A stretch of 64,000 bases of DNA from assembly GCA_004431415.1 (NCBI GenBank), contig QPMI01000477.1, positions 558,001-622,000 on the forward strand. Direction: 5' to 3'. The notes under the pieces are model-generated. The model had not been told where the DNA came from, did no database searches, and was given only the letters and a program-made list of their open reading frames with translations. A program made the translations under genes and the position numbers. Source of the DNA: Cyanophora paradoxa CCMP329. Taxonomy: Eukaryota > Plantae > Glaucophyta. Below, piece by piece: positions 12,702-23,762 of this stretch (position 1 is the stretch's first letter; the number at the start of each line of letters is the position of its first letter).

Positions 12702-13800
12702 TGTTGCGTGCAGTGTGAGGACCCGGGATGATTCGGGGAATCACTAGCCTCTCGCGAGATGGCCTATTGGTAGAACTGCCGCCTTGACACCCCTTAGTCG
12801 TTGGTTCGACTCCGGCTGGGTCCGGGTCGCAACGCGTCCATAACATGGGGGCTGCTAACGGACCTGGTTCGACTCCCGACGAGGGATAGACCGGGCTTCG
12901 AATCCCACGCGGGGCGCTAGGAAGCGCTGGCTGAGGGCCGCTGCATCGCGGTACCCCGATAAGCCCGGCACCTGCATCGGTGGCCGCCGAAGAGCCTAGA
13001 AACTGCGCGCGCGGAAAAAGCGGCAGTTGCGGCTGTGTGATCATGAGTGGGTGTCACGTGCGGCATGTGACCGAGGTTGAGATCGCGAGTTGTGAGGTGA
13101 AATGCAGCAATGGAACCGCACGGAAGGATCTCGGGGTCGAGATCACCGTGGCGGGGGGGATGTTGCGTGCAGTGTGAGGACCCGGGATGATTCGGGGAAT
13201 CACTAGCCTCTCGCGAGATGGCCTATTGGTAGAACTGCCGCCTTGACACGCGAGATGGCCTATTGGTAGAACTGCCGCCTTGACACCCCTTAGTCGTTGG
13301 TTCGACTCCGGCTGGGTCCGGGTCGCAACGCGTCCATAACATGGGGGCTGCTAACGGACCTGGTTCGACTCCCGACGAGGGATAGACCGGGCTTCGAATC
13401 CCACGCGGGGCGCTAGGAAGCGCTGGCTGAGGGCCGCTGCATCGCGGTACCCCGATAAGCCCGGCACCTGCATCGGTGGCCGCCGAAGAGCCTAGAAACT
13501 GCGCGCGCGGAAAAAGCGGCAGTTGCGGCTGTGTGATCATGAGTGGGTGTCACGTGCGGCATGTGACCGAGGTTGAGATCGCGAGTTGTGAGGTGAAATG
13601 CAGCAATGGAACCGCACGGAAGGATCTCGGGGTCGAGATCACCGTGGCGGGGGGGATGTTGCGTGCAGTGTGAGGACCCGGGATGATTCGGGGAATCACT
13701 AGCCTCTCGCGAGATGGCCTATTGGTAGAACTGCCGCCTTGACACCCCTTAGTCGTTGGTTCGACTCCGGCTGGGTCCGGGTCGCAACGCGTCCATAACA
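12702..13800 (+). mobile_element. Tandem-array TRIM (non-autonomous miniature LTR retrotransposon): LTR-internal-LTR-internal-LTR
   Basis: Three LTRs with TGTT...AACA ends at 12702-12845 (144 bp), 13161-13341 (144+37 bp) and 13657-13800 (144 bp), separated by two 315-bp internal segments that look identical. PBS-like TGGGGGCTG directly follows LTR1 and LTR2, and purine run GGGGGGGA directly precedes LTR2 and LTR3. 5-bp TSD GAAGT at 12697-12701 and 13801-13805. Confidence 0.93.
12719..12823 (+). promoter_or_regulatory. tRNA-like Pol III module inside the LTR (also present in LTR2 and LTR3)
   Basis: A-box-like TGGCCTATTGG at 12760-12770 and B-box GGTTCGACTCC at 12803-12813, at tRNA-like spacing. 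T-arm GTTGG-TTCGACT-CCGGC. GGACCCG (12719-12725) can pair with TGGGTCC (12817-12823) as an acceptor-like stem. Confidence 0.65.
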
Positions 13801-13911
13801 GAAGTAAACTCTATTCTTTCTTCGCTTGCAGGGAGGGGGCGGAGGGGGGAGCTGCGGGGGCAAGGGGGGGGGGGAGGGGGGGGGTTGATTCGAAGGGCGG
13901 AAAGGCATGCG

Positions 13912-14057
13912 CAGTGGAAAGTGGCCTCTCAAGAAAAGGCGCGGAGAAATAGCCTAAGGTGGCTTAGGTGTGGCTTAGGTGTAGAGTCTAAACTCTACCG
14001 CCACACCTAAGCCACTTAGGCTATCTCTCAGTGGAAAGTGGCCTCTCAAGAAAAGGC
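13912..14057. repeat. About 86-bp imperfect hairpin between 29-bp direct repeats
   Basis: CAGTGGAAAGTGGCCTCTCAAGAAAAGGC at 13912-13940 and 14029-14057. Between them ATAGCCTAA-GGTGGCTTAGGTGTGGC...GTAGAG-TCTAAA-CTCTAC...GCCACACCTAAGCCAC-TTAGGCTAT folds back on itself. Confidence 0.85.
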
Positions 14058-16130
14058 TGCAGCTGGAAGGCGGGAGCGCTCGCACTCCAGCAGCGGGCGC
14101 CCCGCAAAGAGACCCCGGACGAAGGCCTCGGCCTCGGCGAAGGCGTGGCGCCCCATCGCCCCGGCCTCCATGTTCAGGCCCAGCCGGCTGAAGTCGAGGC
14201 CCACCGCGACCCCGGGGGCCAGGCCCGCGAGGACCTGCGGAGCAGGTCACGGGCGCGATCGATCGATCGGGCGGGGCGCGCTGCATGCGTGCACCTCGAA
14301 GGCGCGGACGGAGGCGGGGGAGGCGAGCGCGGAGGAGACGCGGAGGCGCTGGAGGGCCGGGAGCGTGGCCATCGCGGCGGCCTCCGCCTCCTCCAGCTGC
14401 CGGAAGACCTGCAGGTCGAGCTCGACGAGGGCCCGGCGCGCGCCGGCGCTCCGCAGGAAGGCCACGACATCCTCCGGGTCCGCGACGAGGACTGAGAAAG
14501 GGGGCGCGCGCGCGTGAGTGAGGAGGGCCTGGGCTCGGCTGACTTTAGATGGGCCGAAGCACTCGCGCACAGTCCAGCTTCAGCGAGAAGCTCTCGAGGA
14601 GGGGCAGGCATGAGAGCGCCGCCGCGAGGTGCCGCAGGGCGGGCGCGTTCACGCTTGGGATCAGCGAGAAGCTGCTCAGTTCGAAGGCGGCCTCCCGGAG
14701 CTTCGCGGCGCGGCCCAGGGCCAGCAGCGCTGCTGGGTCCGCCAGGCGATCGACTTCGATCTGCGCGTACGATCAGAACTAAGAAGAGAGGGGGAGAGAG
14801 AGCGAGAGAGAGAGTGGCTCGCCTGGAGCTCGCAGATGCGCTCGAGCTGTGGGAGGAGGCCGAGGGCCAGCAGGACGTCCTGGGGGGCCGCGAGGCTCGG
14901 CCCGGGACGCCCGGCCTTCTCGCGCCGCTTCGAAAACTCGCCCGTGCTGCGCCGGAAAGGCTCGAAGGAGGCGACGATGCAGGGAGGAAGGAGGAGGCCT
15001 CGACGCACGCGTACAGGGTCCCCTCCACGAGGCGGAGGCTGCGGAGCTCCCTCCCCGCCGGGCCGCGGGCGAGCGCGGCCACGCCATCGCCGAGAGACAC
15101 GGAAGGGGCTTGCGCGCTGATCAGCGAGAGGTGCTCCAGGCCGCCCAGGCGCGCCAGCTGCCCCAGGACGAGCGAGCCGGCCTTGTCGTTCGGGCGGAGG
15201 CTGAGGGAAGTCAGGAGGGGGCAGGCGTCGGCGATGGCCGCCGCGATCTCCGGAGTGGCGCCCGCGTCGAGCTCGCCGAAGAACAGGACCAGGGACCGCA
15301 GCGCGCCGCCGAAGGGGGCCAGGGCGGCGCGCAGGTCGGCGGCCTCGGGCCAGGGCATCCGCGCGCTCGCGCCATAGAATGTCTTGTCGTCGCTGGTGAC
15401 GGCGAAGCTGAGGCTCCTGAGGCCGCTGGCCGCCCCGCCCGGGGGGTACGGGCGAAGCGCCCGGAGCACCCCTAGAAGGAAGTCGATGAGGAAGCGACTG
15501 TCCTCGCCGCCGCCCCTGACAAAGGGATCAGGATTGCCCCTGCAGAGCTCTACCAGCACTTCCCGCGGCTGCCTCGGGCCGGCGTGGCTGCGCGCGACCG
15601 CTTCGAGGACGCTGCACGCCCCCTCCAGCGTGCGCCGGTGGCTCTGCCGCGCTGCGGCCACGGAAGCGCCCCCGTCGGGTCTCACGTTGACGACCGCGGC
15701 TCTCGAGAGCTCCGGCCTGAGCGAGAAGCTGGCGCCCTCTGCGAGCCGCAGCTTCCGCGTCTCGAAGGCCGCCGACAGAGCGCAGAGCGCGTCATTGCTG
15801 TCCGCGCGCGTTGCCTGATTGCAGCCCATGATCCGCAGGTCGAGCTCCTTCCACTCCATCTCCTCGACCAACTGCCGCCACCGCCTGAGGGAAGTTAGCT
15901 AAAGCAGCGCGCGCGGCGCGCGCGCCGGGGCCGGTTGGGCGCGCGGACCTGCACACGCCGCGCAGGGGCCAGCTCCCCCGCGCACCGAGCGTGCCGAACG
16001 CTATGGCCAGAATCGAGTCCGGCAGGGCGTCGAATGGACCCGAAGCTTGCGAACCCGACGCTGCAGCTGCGTCGACCCGGGCCCGCTTCTCCGCGCGCTC
16101 TCCCGACGAGCCCGCGGCGGCGCCCGACAT
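14046..16130 (-). CDS. F-box protein with RNI-like/leucine-rich C-terminal region, multi-exon
   Basis: N-terminal GPFDALPDSILAIAFGTLGARGSWPLRGVCR (F-box). LRR-like ACPLLTSLSL, LGGLEHLSL, LPALQRLRV. Last exon reads ...LPAAAFS-TGA (14048-14046). Confidence 0.75.
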
Positions 16131-16345
16131 CGCTGGAGACTCACGCCGGACAGCAGTCGTTGCAGACGTCAAAGTCGCGGGTAGGTCTATCCTGACGGCT
16201 AGCGCTCTCCGTTGATCTGCTGTGTCTGCGGCACACTGGCTTTAAGCCGCCTGGAGACCGCCGCGGCCCGGCGGTGGCCGCGAAAGGGGGTACAAAGGCT
16301 AAAAACCTTCCGGCGGGTACAGGCGCAATCGAGCTTTTTGGGTCG

Positions 16346-18071
16346 ATGGCCGACTTTGCGAAGCTGTGGACCGGCCGGCACGAGGTCGTGCAAAAGTTCT
16401 TCGAGAGCACACGGTTAGCTCGCCCGCTCCGCCCCAGCTCGCCCGGCTGGGCCGCCCTGACGCGGTTTGCTCCCCGGCGCCACCCGGGCTCGTAGGGATG
16501 CGGAGAGTTCCAGGCCAGTTGAAATACAGTCCGCGATCAGAATACAGCGGCTGTGGCGCGGATACAGGGTCCGGAAGCGGCTCTGGATGATGAAGTGCGG
16601 ACTCCCGCCTGCCCCGCACGCGGCGCCGCGTTCTTAGGCGCCGCTGCTTGTGATTCGCAGCTGGAGAGCGATGCAGATCCAGCGGCTCTTCCGGGGCCAT
16701 CTTGGGCGCCAGCGCTTCGCCGTCATGTACAAACAGAGGCTGCTGGAGGAGCGCATGCAGTACTTCAACCAGGCAGCGACGCAATTCCAGAAGATGTGCG
16801 CTGCTTGGGCCGCTCCGGCGGCACATTCCCGGCGTGCCGCCCAGCGCTCAAGCCGCCGTGCCTCCCCGCAGATTCCGGGGCTACTACTGCAGAAAGTACA
16901 TTCACAACTACTACGCGCGCAAGTCGTACCTTACCACAATCGTAGCTAAGGTTCGCCCGCCCGCCCGCCCGCCCGCTCCGCGCCTGCCCTGCATCCCCGC
17001 GCTTGCCCGGCGGCCCGCCGACCGCCGCCGGCCGCAGAACGCGGAGGTCATGAACACGCTGCACATGGAGAACCTTAGGCAGGCGCGGTACGAGGAGGAA
17101 GAAAAGCAGCGGAAACTGGCGCAGGAGTTCCACAACACAGTCAGCAGGTCAACGGCACCTCGCCTGCCCGCGCGCGTGCACGCGGGCCGACCCCGTGTGC
17201 GCCGCGCGCAGCCTGCACCACCTCGTGGGCACGCGGACCGTGCCCTCGGCCCTGAAGAGCGCGTACGCGTTCGGACGGCCCATCGAGGAGCACTTGAAGG
17301 ACGCCGCGAAGGTCGGGCGCTCTTCTCTGCCCCGCCGCCGGCCGTCGCGCGCGCCGCCGAGCCCCGGCTGCAGGTGTCCATCTCCAAGTCGCAGAAGAAG
17401 GACGGGAGCTTCAAGCCGTCGCCCATCCCCCAGGGAACCCTCTCGACAGGCTCGGTCAAGCCTCCCATCGGGACCCAGGTGCGCGGGGCGGGGCGCCCCC
17501 TCTCCTCTCCGCTGAGTGAGGTGTCCCTCTACCGCGGCAGAGGAACCCCAGCCCGAGCAAGCGCAACAAGCTCTCGGTCCAGGCCCAGTCCGAGTACGGC
17601 ATTGCCGTCGAATCCATGCGGTACCCCCGTTTCCCTCTCCCCCCTCCCGCTCTTCCTCTGGCATGTACCCCCCCGCCCGGCCGACCCCCGTTGCCCCCCT
17701 CAGGTCCGAGGCGAGGTACAGCAAGCTGCGTATGGTCGGGGGGGAGATCCGCACGGGCAAGGCGCGCGCCGCGCCGGCTACCCCCCCCCCCCCCGCCGCG
17801 CTGACGCTGTACCCCCCGCAGGCGAGCATTATCGGGAAGTACGTACCCTCGGTCACGAACGGGGCCCCCTAGTGCGCTGTTCTCCCCCGCCTCCCCTCAC
17901 CGCCCTCCCTCCTGACCGGCCGGCCATCCCCGTACCCCCCTCAGCGGCCCCGGGTTCGTGTTCCGGCAGGAGGACCGGACGAAGCGGGTGGCCAAGGCGC
18001 CCTACTACCTCGCCTACGGCTCGGGCAAGGTCTTCGAGGACTCGCTGCCCGTCTCCGAGAAGCAGCCGTAG
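16346..18071 (+). CDS. IQ-motif calmodulin-binding protein, SPATA17-like, multi-exon
   Basis: AMQIQRLFRGHLGR and AATQFQK(I)FRGYYCRKYIHNYYARKSYL IQ motifs, followed by LHHLVGTRTVPS, which resembles the SPATA17 family. Confidence 0.75.
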
Positions 18072-18279
18072 CTAGCTCCTGGGGTGCCCACGGCCCGGCC
18101 CGCACCGAATTATCGAATGGAACGCACAGAGCAGCGCACAGGGCGAGGTGGATGCCTGTGGGCGGCGGAGGCGATTGCAGAGGGAGATGGGCGCGGGAGG
18201 ACTCAAAGTATCAGAAAGGAGGACTAATACACATACATGCAACTAAGAACTCACGGCCGCAGTACGCGTACGATACGCG

Positions 18280-20398
18280 CTAGCTCGCAGCGGCGCCGGC
18301 TCTTCGGCGGGGCCTGAGCACCGCGTTGAGGAACTGGTGCTGCGGTCCCACTTCCAGGGTCACCTGAGTCGGAGAGGCGACAAAGTAGATCAGATCAGAC
18401 GAGAAGCAGAGGGGATGACAAGGGGCGGGGCGGGGCGGACCTTGCGCTCGAGGAGGGCGGTGGGCGACGCTACGAGGGCGTCGACGAGGGGGTACAGGTC
18501 GCCGGGGAGGGACCAGGCCTCACGCGTCCCGAGGGAGACGCGGGCCCCCTCGTCCAGCGCCTCGACGACCCTCACCAACGCCCCCAGCTCTAAATCAAAG
18601 AAAGCGAGGCGCTTCATTGTTAGGAGAGGGAAGGAAACGGGGCGATGGCTTGACGACAAGCTTTAGAGCACGAGAGGCTTGGCGTATCAAGCGCGGGGTG
18701 GAGGGGCGCGCACCGCGGCTGCCCTGCTCGTACGGGGCGCCCAGCGGCGGGTCGGCGGCCGGATCTTCGTTCTGCAGCGGGTCGTGGCTGGTGAGCCACG
18801 CCGCCAGCAGCCGCACGCCCCGCAGGTGCCGGTTCTCTGGAGTACGTAGCCTCAGGAAGGGGCCGGGGGCGGAGAGGGGGAGGTGCGCCGGGGGTACCGG
18901 CGAAGGCGCGCTCCCACGGGATGAAGTCGAGCGGGTTGGTTATCAGCTCCAGGCTGCGAAAGAGGAGGGCGCGGGCGCGTTGAGGGTGAGCTGTGCGTTC
19001 GCAGGGGGGTACGCGCGCGGCGCGTTTGAGCACGCACGTGTGGATGCCCTTGAAAGCCCCTTCGGGCCAGGAGTCGGGCAGCCTGCGACGCGCTCGGCGC
19101 TTCAGCGCCGGAGAAAGTAAAGGGTCCTGGGCCGGGCGCGAGTGACTTCGCACCGGCAGAGGAAGAACGAGAGGTCCGGCTCGTCGTACGGGTCGTGTTC
19201 GAATCCGGCCGCCTCCGGATCGAAGAGCGCCGCGACGCGGGCGGCCGCCTCGGGGCTCGAAAGGACGGTGCGCTTGAAGGCGAGCGAGGCGCAGACGAGG
19301 CGGCGGGCGGCTAGGTAGGCGAGGAACGCCCCCTGCGCGTCGGAGACGCCGGCGGCGGCGAGCTCGCGCGAGCCCTCGTCGACCAGGAGAGACCGCACGC
19401 GGCGGAGCGAAGGGAGGTCCCGCTCGAGGCACAGGAGGTGCTTCGGATCGCAAACGCACAGCTTCCCGTCGAACGCCGCGAGCCGCGGGAGCGCGGGGAT
19501 CTGAGAGGGCGAGGGCGGCAGAATTGGACCGAGGAGCCGCTCCTGGCGCGACGCGGCGCACCTGAGTGGGCCGGAGGTACCCGGGCGGATGGGACCAGGA
19601 GAAAGGCTGCGGCTCCTGCAGGGGTTCCCGGTACGACAGCCGCACGAGGTTCGGAAGGCGGGCCGCGAGGGGCAGGCCCTCGAGCGCATCCTGCCAGCGA
19701 ACCGAGGGGCACCTCCACCCCACGGGGACGAGCTCCAGCTGCGTCACGCTGGCCGGGGCCCCCGCGAGGGACTGCTCGAGCTGGCGCCACACATCGTCCG
19801 TCGAGGCGACGGCGAACCCGACGAGGAGCGTGAGCCGCTGCAGCTGCCGAGATTGGTGCCTGTACATGTCCCTGAGGCGCCGGGCGACGGCCTCCGCGCC
19901 GGCGATGCGGGCGTCCCCGCCGGGCAGCGCGAGCTCGCGGACCAGGCGCCCGAGAAGGCGCTCGTGCTTCTTGCTCACTGTAATGCTGTGCAGCGCCGCC
20001 AGCGCCTCCCGTGCGGTGACGTGTTCCGCGATGCTGCGCGTTCGCATGCGGCCTCGCGTCAACGCGCGCGGGGGCCGCGTCGGAAGCTCGAGCTGCTGCA
20101 GGCGAGCGCGTGCGCACCCGACCGTAAGGGATGGCAAGGTAGGCAGCTGCTCGACGATTCCGCGCCAGTGGCGGCAGGTCGCTGCGGCGGCGCACTGGTC
20201 GCACTCGTCGAGTAGGCCAAAGATCCGCAGCCAGAGCGGGTCGTCCAGGCCCAGGCTGTTGCATGCGGCGGCGGGCGCTGCGGCTGTCGCGCTCGTGGAC
20301 GCTGCGGCTCCGCCGCCGCTGTCATGGCTCGCGTTGCAGTCCATGAGAACTAGTCTGAGCGCTAGCGGCTGAACTGGCGTGCACTGCGGCAGCTGCAT
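18280..20398 (-). CDS. F-box domain protein, multi-exon (ends approximate)
   Basis: LGLDDPLWLRIFGLLDECDQCAAAATCRHWRGIV F-box motif, followed by LRR-like RLPNLVRLSY and DLPSLRRVRSL. Confidence 0.7.
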
Positions 20399-20655
20399 GC
20401 GCAGCTGCAACAGGCTGGGCTTCCGGATCCGTACCCCAAAAGCATGTGCATGCGTACCCCCAGAACCCTCCCCCGAGCCCTTCAGCGCTTTAATTTGGTC
20501 TTAAATTTCTGTATTGGTGTTCATAACCACATGCCTAGGGACCCCTTGGGCGCGAGCCCCCGGGTCCGGCGCTGCGAATTACCTATAGCTACGGCTACCC
20601 CCTGCTCCCTACTAGACCTACCCATGCCCAACCCGTCTGCAGCTGTGCGCCCGCT

Positions 20656-23600
20656 CTACGACGGCACGAACGTTCCAGTGCGCGAGGGACAGTTTGCCAG
20701 CAGCCAGTTCGCCAGGTACTCCACTGCCCGCCGTGCAGAGAGGGTGTCAGCCACCGCAGTGCAGCGCTTGCAAGCGCTTATAATTACAGCCGCGCACCGG
20801 GGTCGGTCCAGGTAGGCTCCTCCTTGCACATGGCGGTGATGCCCTTGATGAGGAGGGGCTGCAGCTGCTGGTGGAGGTACGCCGCGCGGTCCTTGGGCCG
20901 CTGCCCCGCCACCTTGCCCATCGCCGTCGCGTTCGCTGCGGCGAAACCTTGAGAACGAACCCAACAACGAAACGAAGAATACGAGGCGCACTCCAGAGCT
21001 GGGGGAGGCGGGAGCGGAGCTGCTCGATGAGGGCGACGGAGGCGTCCGCCTCGGGGTGCTCCTCGTCCTTGGAGACCAGCACCGTGAGAAGGCCCAGCTC
21101 CTTCGCCCCCCGCTGCCCCCAGGTTCTTGAGAGGGGATTTGAGGGCGGTGGAGGGAGGGGGGGTACCAGGTTCTTGAGGGAGTCGTCGAAGAAGACGGCC
21201 TCGCGCCCGTGCTCGACCCCCGCGATCTTCAGCGCCTGCCGCCCGCCCGCCCCGCGTCAGACAGACGACGCGGAGGCCCCCGCCGCCGCCTCGGACGAGC
21301 GCGCGGACCCGCTTGTAGGCTTCGTGAGAGGGCTTGACGTTCCACTCGAGCGCGAAGATGTCGATGATCCCGTCGAAGCCTGTGCAGGGGCGCGCGCGAG
21401 GCTCGGGCGCCGGCGAGCGGGGCGGGAGGCGCGGGAGGGGAGGGCGGGCGCACAGTCCTCGATGCCGAGGCGCTTGAGCGTCCGCTCGATGTGCTGCGCG
21501 CGCGCGCGCGGGAAGCCGCTCAGAGGACGGCCCTCGCCGGCCCCGCGCCCGGCGCACGGGCTTGTCGGAGTTGGAGAGGATCCACTTGGGGTAGGGGAGG
21601 GACTGGAGCATGGCGCGCAGCGCGGGGCTCGGCTGGATCATGTCGTCGTACGGCAGGCCCCCGTGCACTGCGGCGCGACGCGATGCCTCAGTCGGTGCCG
21701 GGGCGGGCACGGGGGCGGGGCCCCGGAGGGGGGACGGAAAGCTCACCGAACTTGAGGAAGTCGAGCTCGTCGACTGCGCGAAGGAGAGGCAGGCTCAGGG
21801 GGGGAAGGGGGAGGGGGAGGGGGGAGGGCGGGCCCGCACCCTCGTAGGAGACGCCCTGGAGGTGCTCGGGCATGACCTTCTGCCGGAGGCCCGCCAGCGT
21901 CATCCCGTACCTCCTGTACGCCTGCAGGCGGGCACGTCAGGCCCCGAGCCTCAGCGGGCCTTGGCTTCCGTGGCTTCGGACCTCGTCCATGATCATGGGG
22001 ACGACCTGCTCGCCGAGGCCCATCTTCTTCTCCATGTACTCCGCGATCCGCTCCGTCACGATCTCCCACACCCCCAGCGACTTCGGGTACAGCGTGTCTG
22101 CGCGCGCGCGGCGGCGGCGGCGGCGGGTCAGCCCCCGTCTCCTTCTCAGCACTTCTCACTCCTTCCCCGAGCACCGTCGAGGTCGAAGAAGAGAGCCTTG
22201 ACGCCGGCGAAGTCGAAGTGCGCCTCCGGCAGCTCCGGCAGCACCTTCCGCACGTCTGCGCCCGGGTCGGATCAGATCTGAGATGATCTGAGCCGATCGG
22301 ATCGGATCGGTTCGCACCCTCGGCGAGGAGGAGGACGCGGTCGGCGCTGGGGTCCGTCTCGTGGTGCTCCCGGCCCACCCACACCGTCATCAGGCCCACC
22401 TGGGGGGGGGGGGGACGTCAGGTCAGGTCGGGCGGGGGGGGGGGGGAGCCGGGGGAGGGTACCTCCTTGGCGCCCTTGAGGTTCTTTGCCGCGTCATCGA
22501 AGAATATGCACTTCGAGGGGTCCGTCACACCCGCGATCTCCATCGCCTGGGGGGCAGAAGAGGGGTACCCCCGCGTCGGCCGGGGCGGAAGAGGGTACGG
22601 GGGCGCCGGGACGGCACCTTCTTGTAGGCTTCCGGCTTCGGCTTCACGTTCCAATCCATCGCAAAGATGTCGATGATGCCTGTCCCCGGTCGTCGGCGGG
22701 GTACGCGATTGCAGGCAGCACGGGAGGGGGTACCCTCGAAGCAGTCGGTGATGCCGAGGCGCTCGAGCACGCGCTTGCAGTGGGGCATGTCCGAGTTCGA
22801 CAGGATCCACTTCTTGTTCGGGATCCTGCGCGGGTTCGAATCCGGGCGGGGCCGGTTTCGAGGCCAGAGAGAGAAGCGCGGCGCACGAGCGGAGGGCGCG
22901 GGCGAGCTTGACGTTCGGCTTGATGACCTTATCGTAAGGGAGGCCGCCGTGTACGTAGGCCTGGAAGAGGGAGGGGGGTACGCGCGTCCACGTCAGCGGC
23001 CGCGGGGCGCGCGGATTCGGCGGGCGGATCGCACCAGGAAGTCCAGCTCGTCGACCTTGTACTCGATTTCGAGACCCTCAGGCTTGATCCCTTCCCTCAG
23101 ACCCGCGAGCGTCATGCCCCGCGCCTGCGGGGCCGCGGCCGGCGTCAACGCTCGGCTCCGAGTCGCGAACGAGGCCGCGGAGCGGTCAAGCCGGGCCGGC
23201 AGCGGCAGCTCGAGATGCACCTTGTAGCATGCATCCATGATAGCTGCTCGGCGCGCGGTCAGCGGCAGCTGTGCGGGGCCCGCGTCCGGCGCTGCGGGCG
23301 GAAGCCAAGGCACCTGGGACGTGCTCTTCGGGGAGCCCCATCTTCTCGCGCATGTAGTCCGCGATGCGCTCCGTCACCATCTCTGCGCGCGCAAGCACGT
23401 TCATCAGCTCCGGCCTCCGCCCCGCCCGCCCGGGGGCTCGAGCCCCGGTGAAGGGCTAAAACTAGAACAGCCGGGCTCTCCGAGCTCGAGCGCGGCGCAC
23501 CCCAGATGCCGTTCGACTTCGGATAGAGCGTATCTGGTGCCGAATCCGTCAGCTACGCGCCCGGCCGCGGCGCGTGGCGGGCACCATCGAGGTCGAAGAA

Positions 23601-23657
23601 CAGTGTGTGATCGGCGAACGCGGCCGCGGGCTGGGCTCCAACTGCGTCGGAGGGCAT
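20656..23657 (-). CDS. Tandem double HAD-superfamily pyrimidine 5'-nucleotidase (SDT1-like) with C-terminal Dpy-30-like motif, multi-exon
   Basis: Two HAD domains. Domain 1: TLFFDLD, WILSNSD, VKPKPEAY, IFFDDAAKN. Domain 2: LFFDLD(D)TLY, WILSNSD, VKPSHEAY, VFFDDSLKN. Tail AYLHQQLQPLLIKGITAMCKEEP...AVEYLANWLLAN matches a Dpy-30/RIIa-type dimerization motif. Confidence 0.85.
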
Positions 23658-23762
23658 GGCTGCGGCTCTGGGAGGCGGGCGAACGGCCGGCTGCCTGGCG
23701 GCTGGGCAACCGATTAAGTATCGGACGAGAGGTGTACCCGTCCCAGGCTACACCCCTGGAAG

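Noticed and set aside
12719-12823. Functional tRNA gene or permuted tmRNA (GGGGCTG after a T-arm)
   Set aside because: There is no proper D/anticodon cloverleaf. GGGGCTG does not pair with the T-arm-adjacent 3' strand and is better explained as the PBS right after an LTR ending in CA.
12628-13673. Duplicated ORFs of 65-138 aa in the repeat
   Set aside because: They have no gag/pol motifs and are by-products of the non-coding TRIM units.
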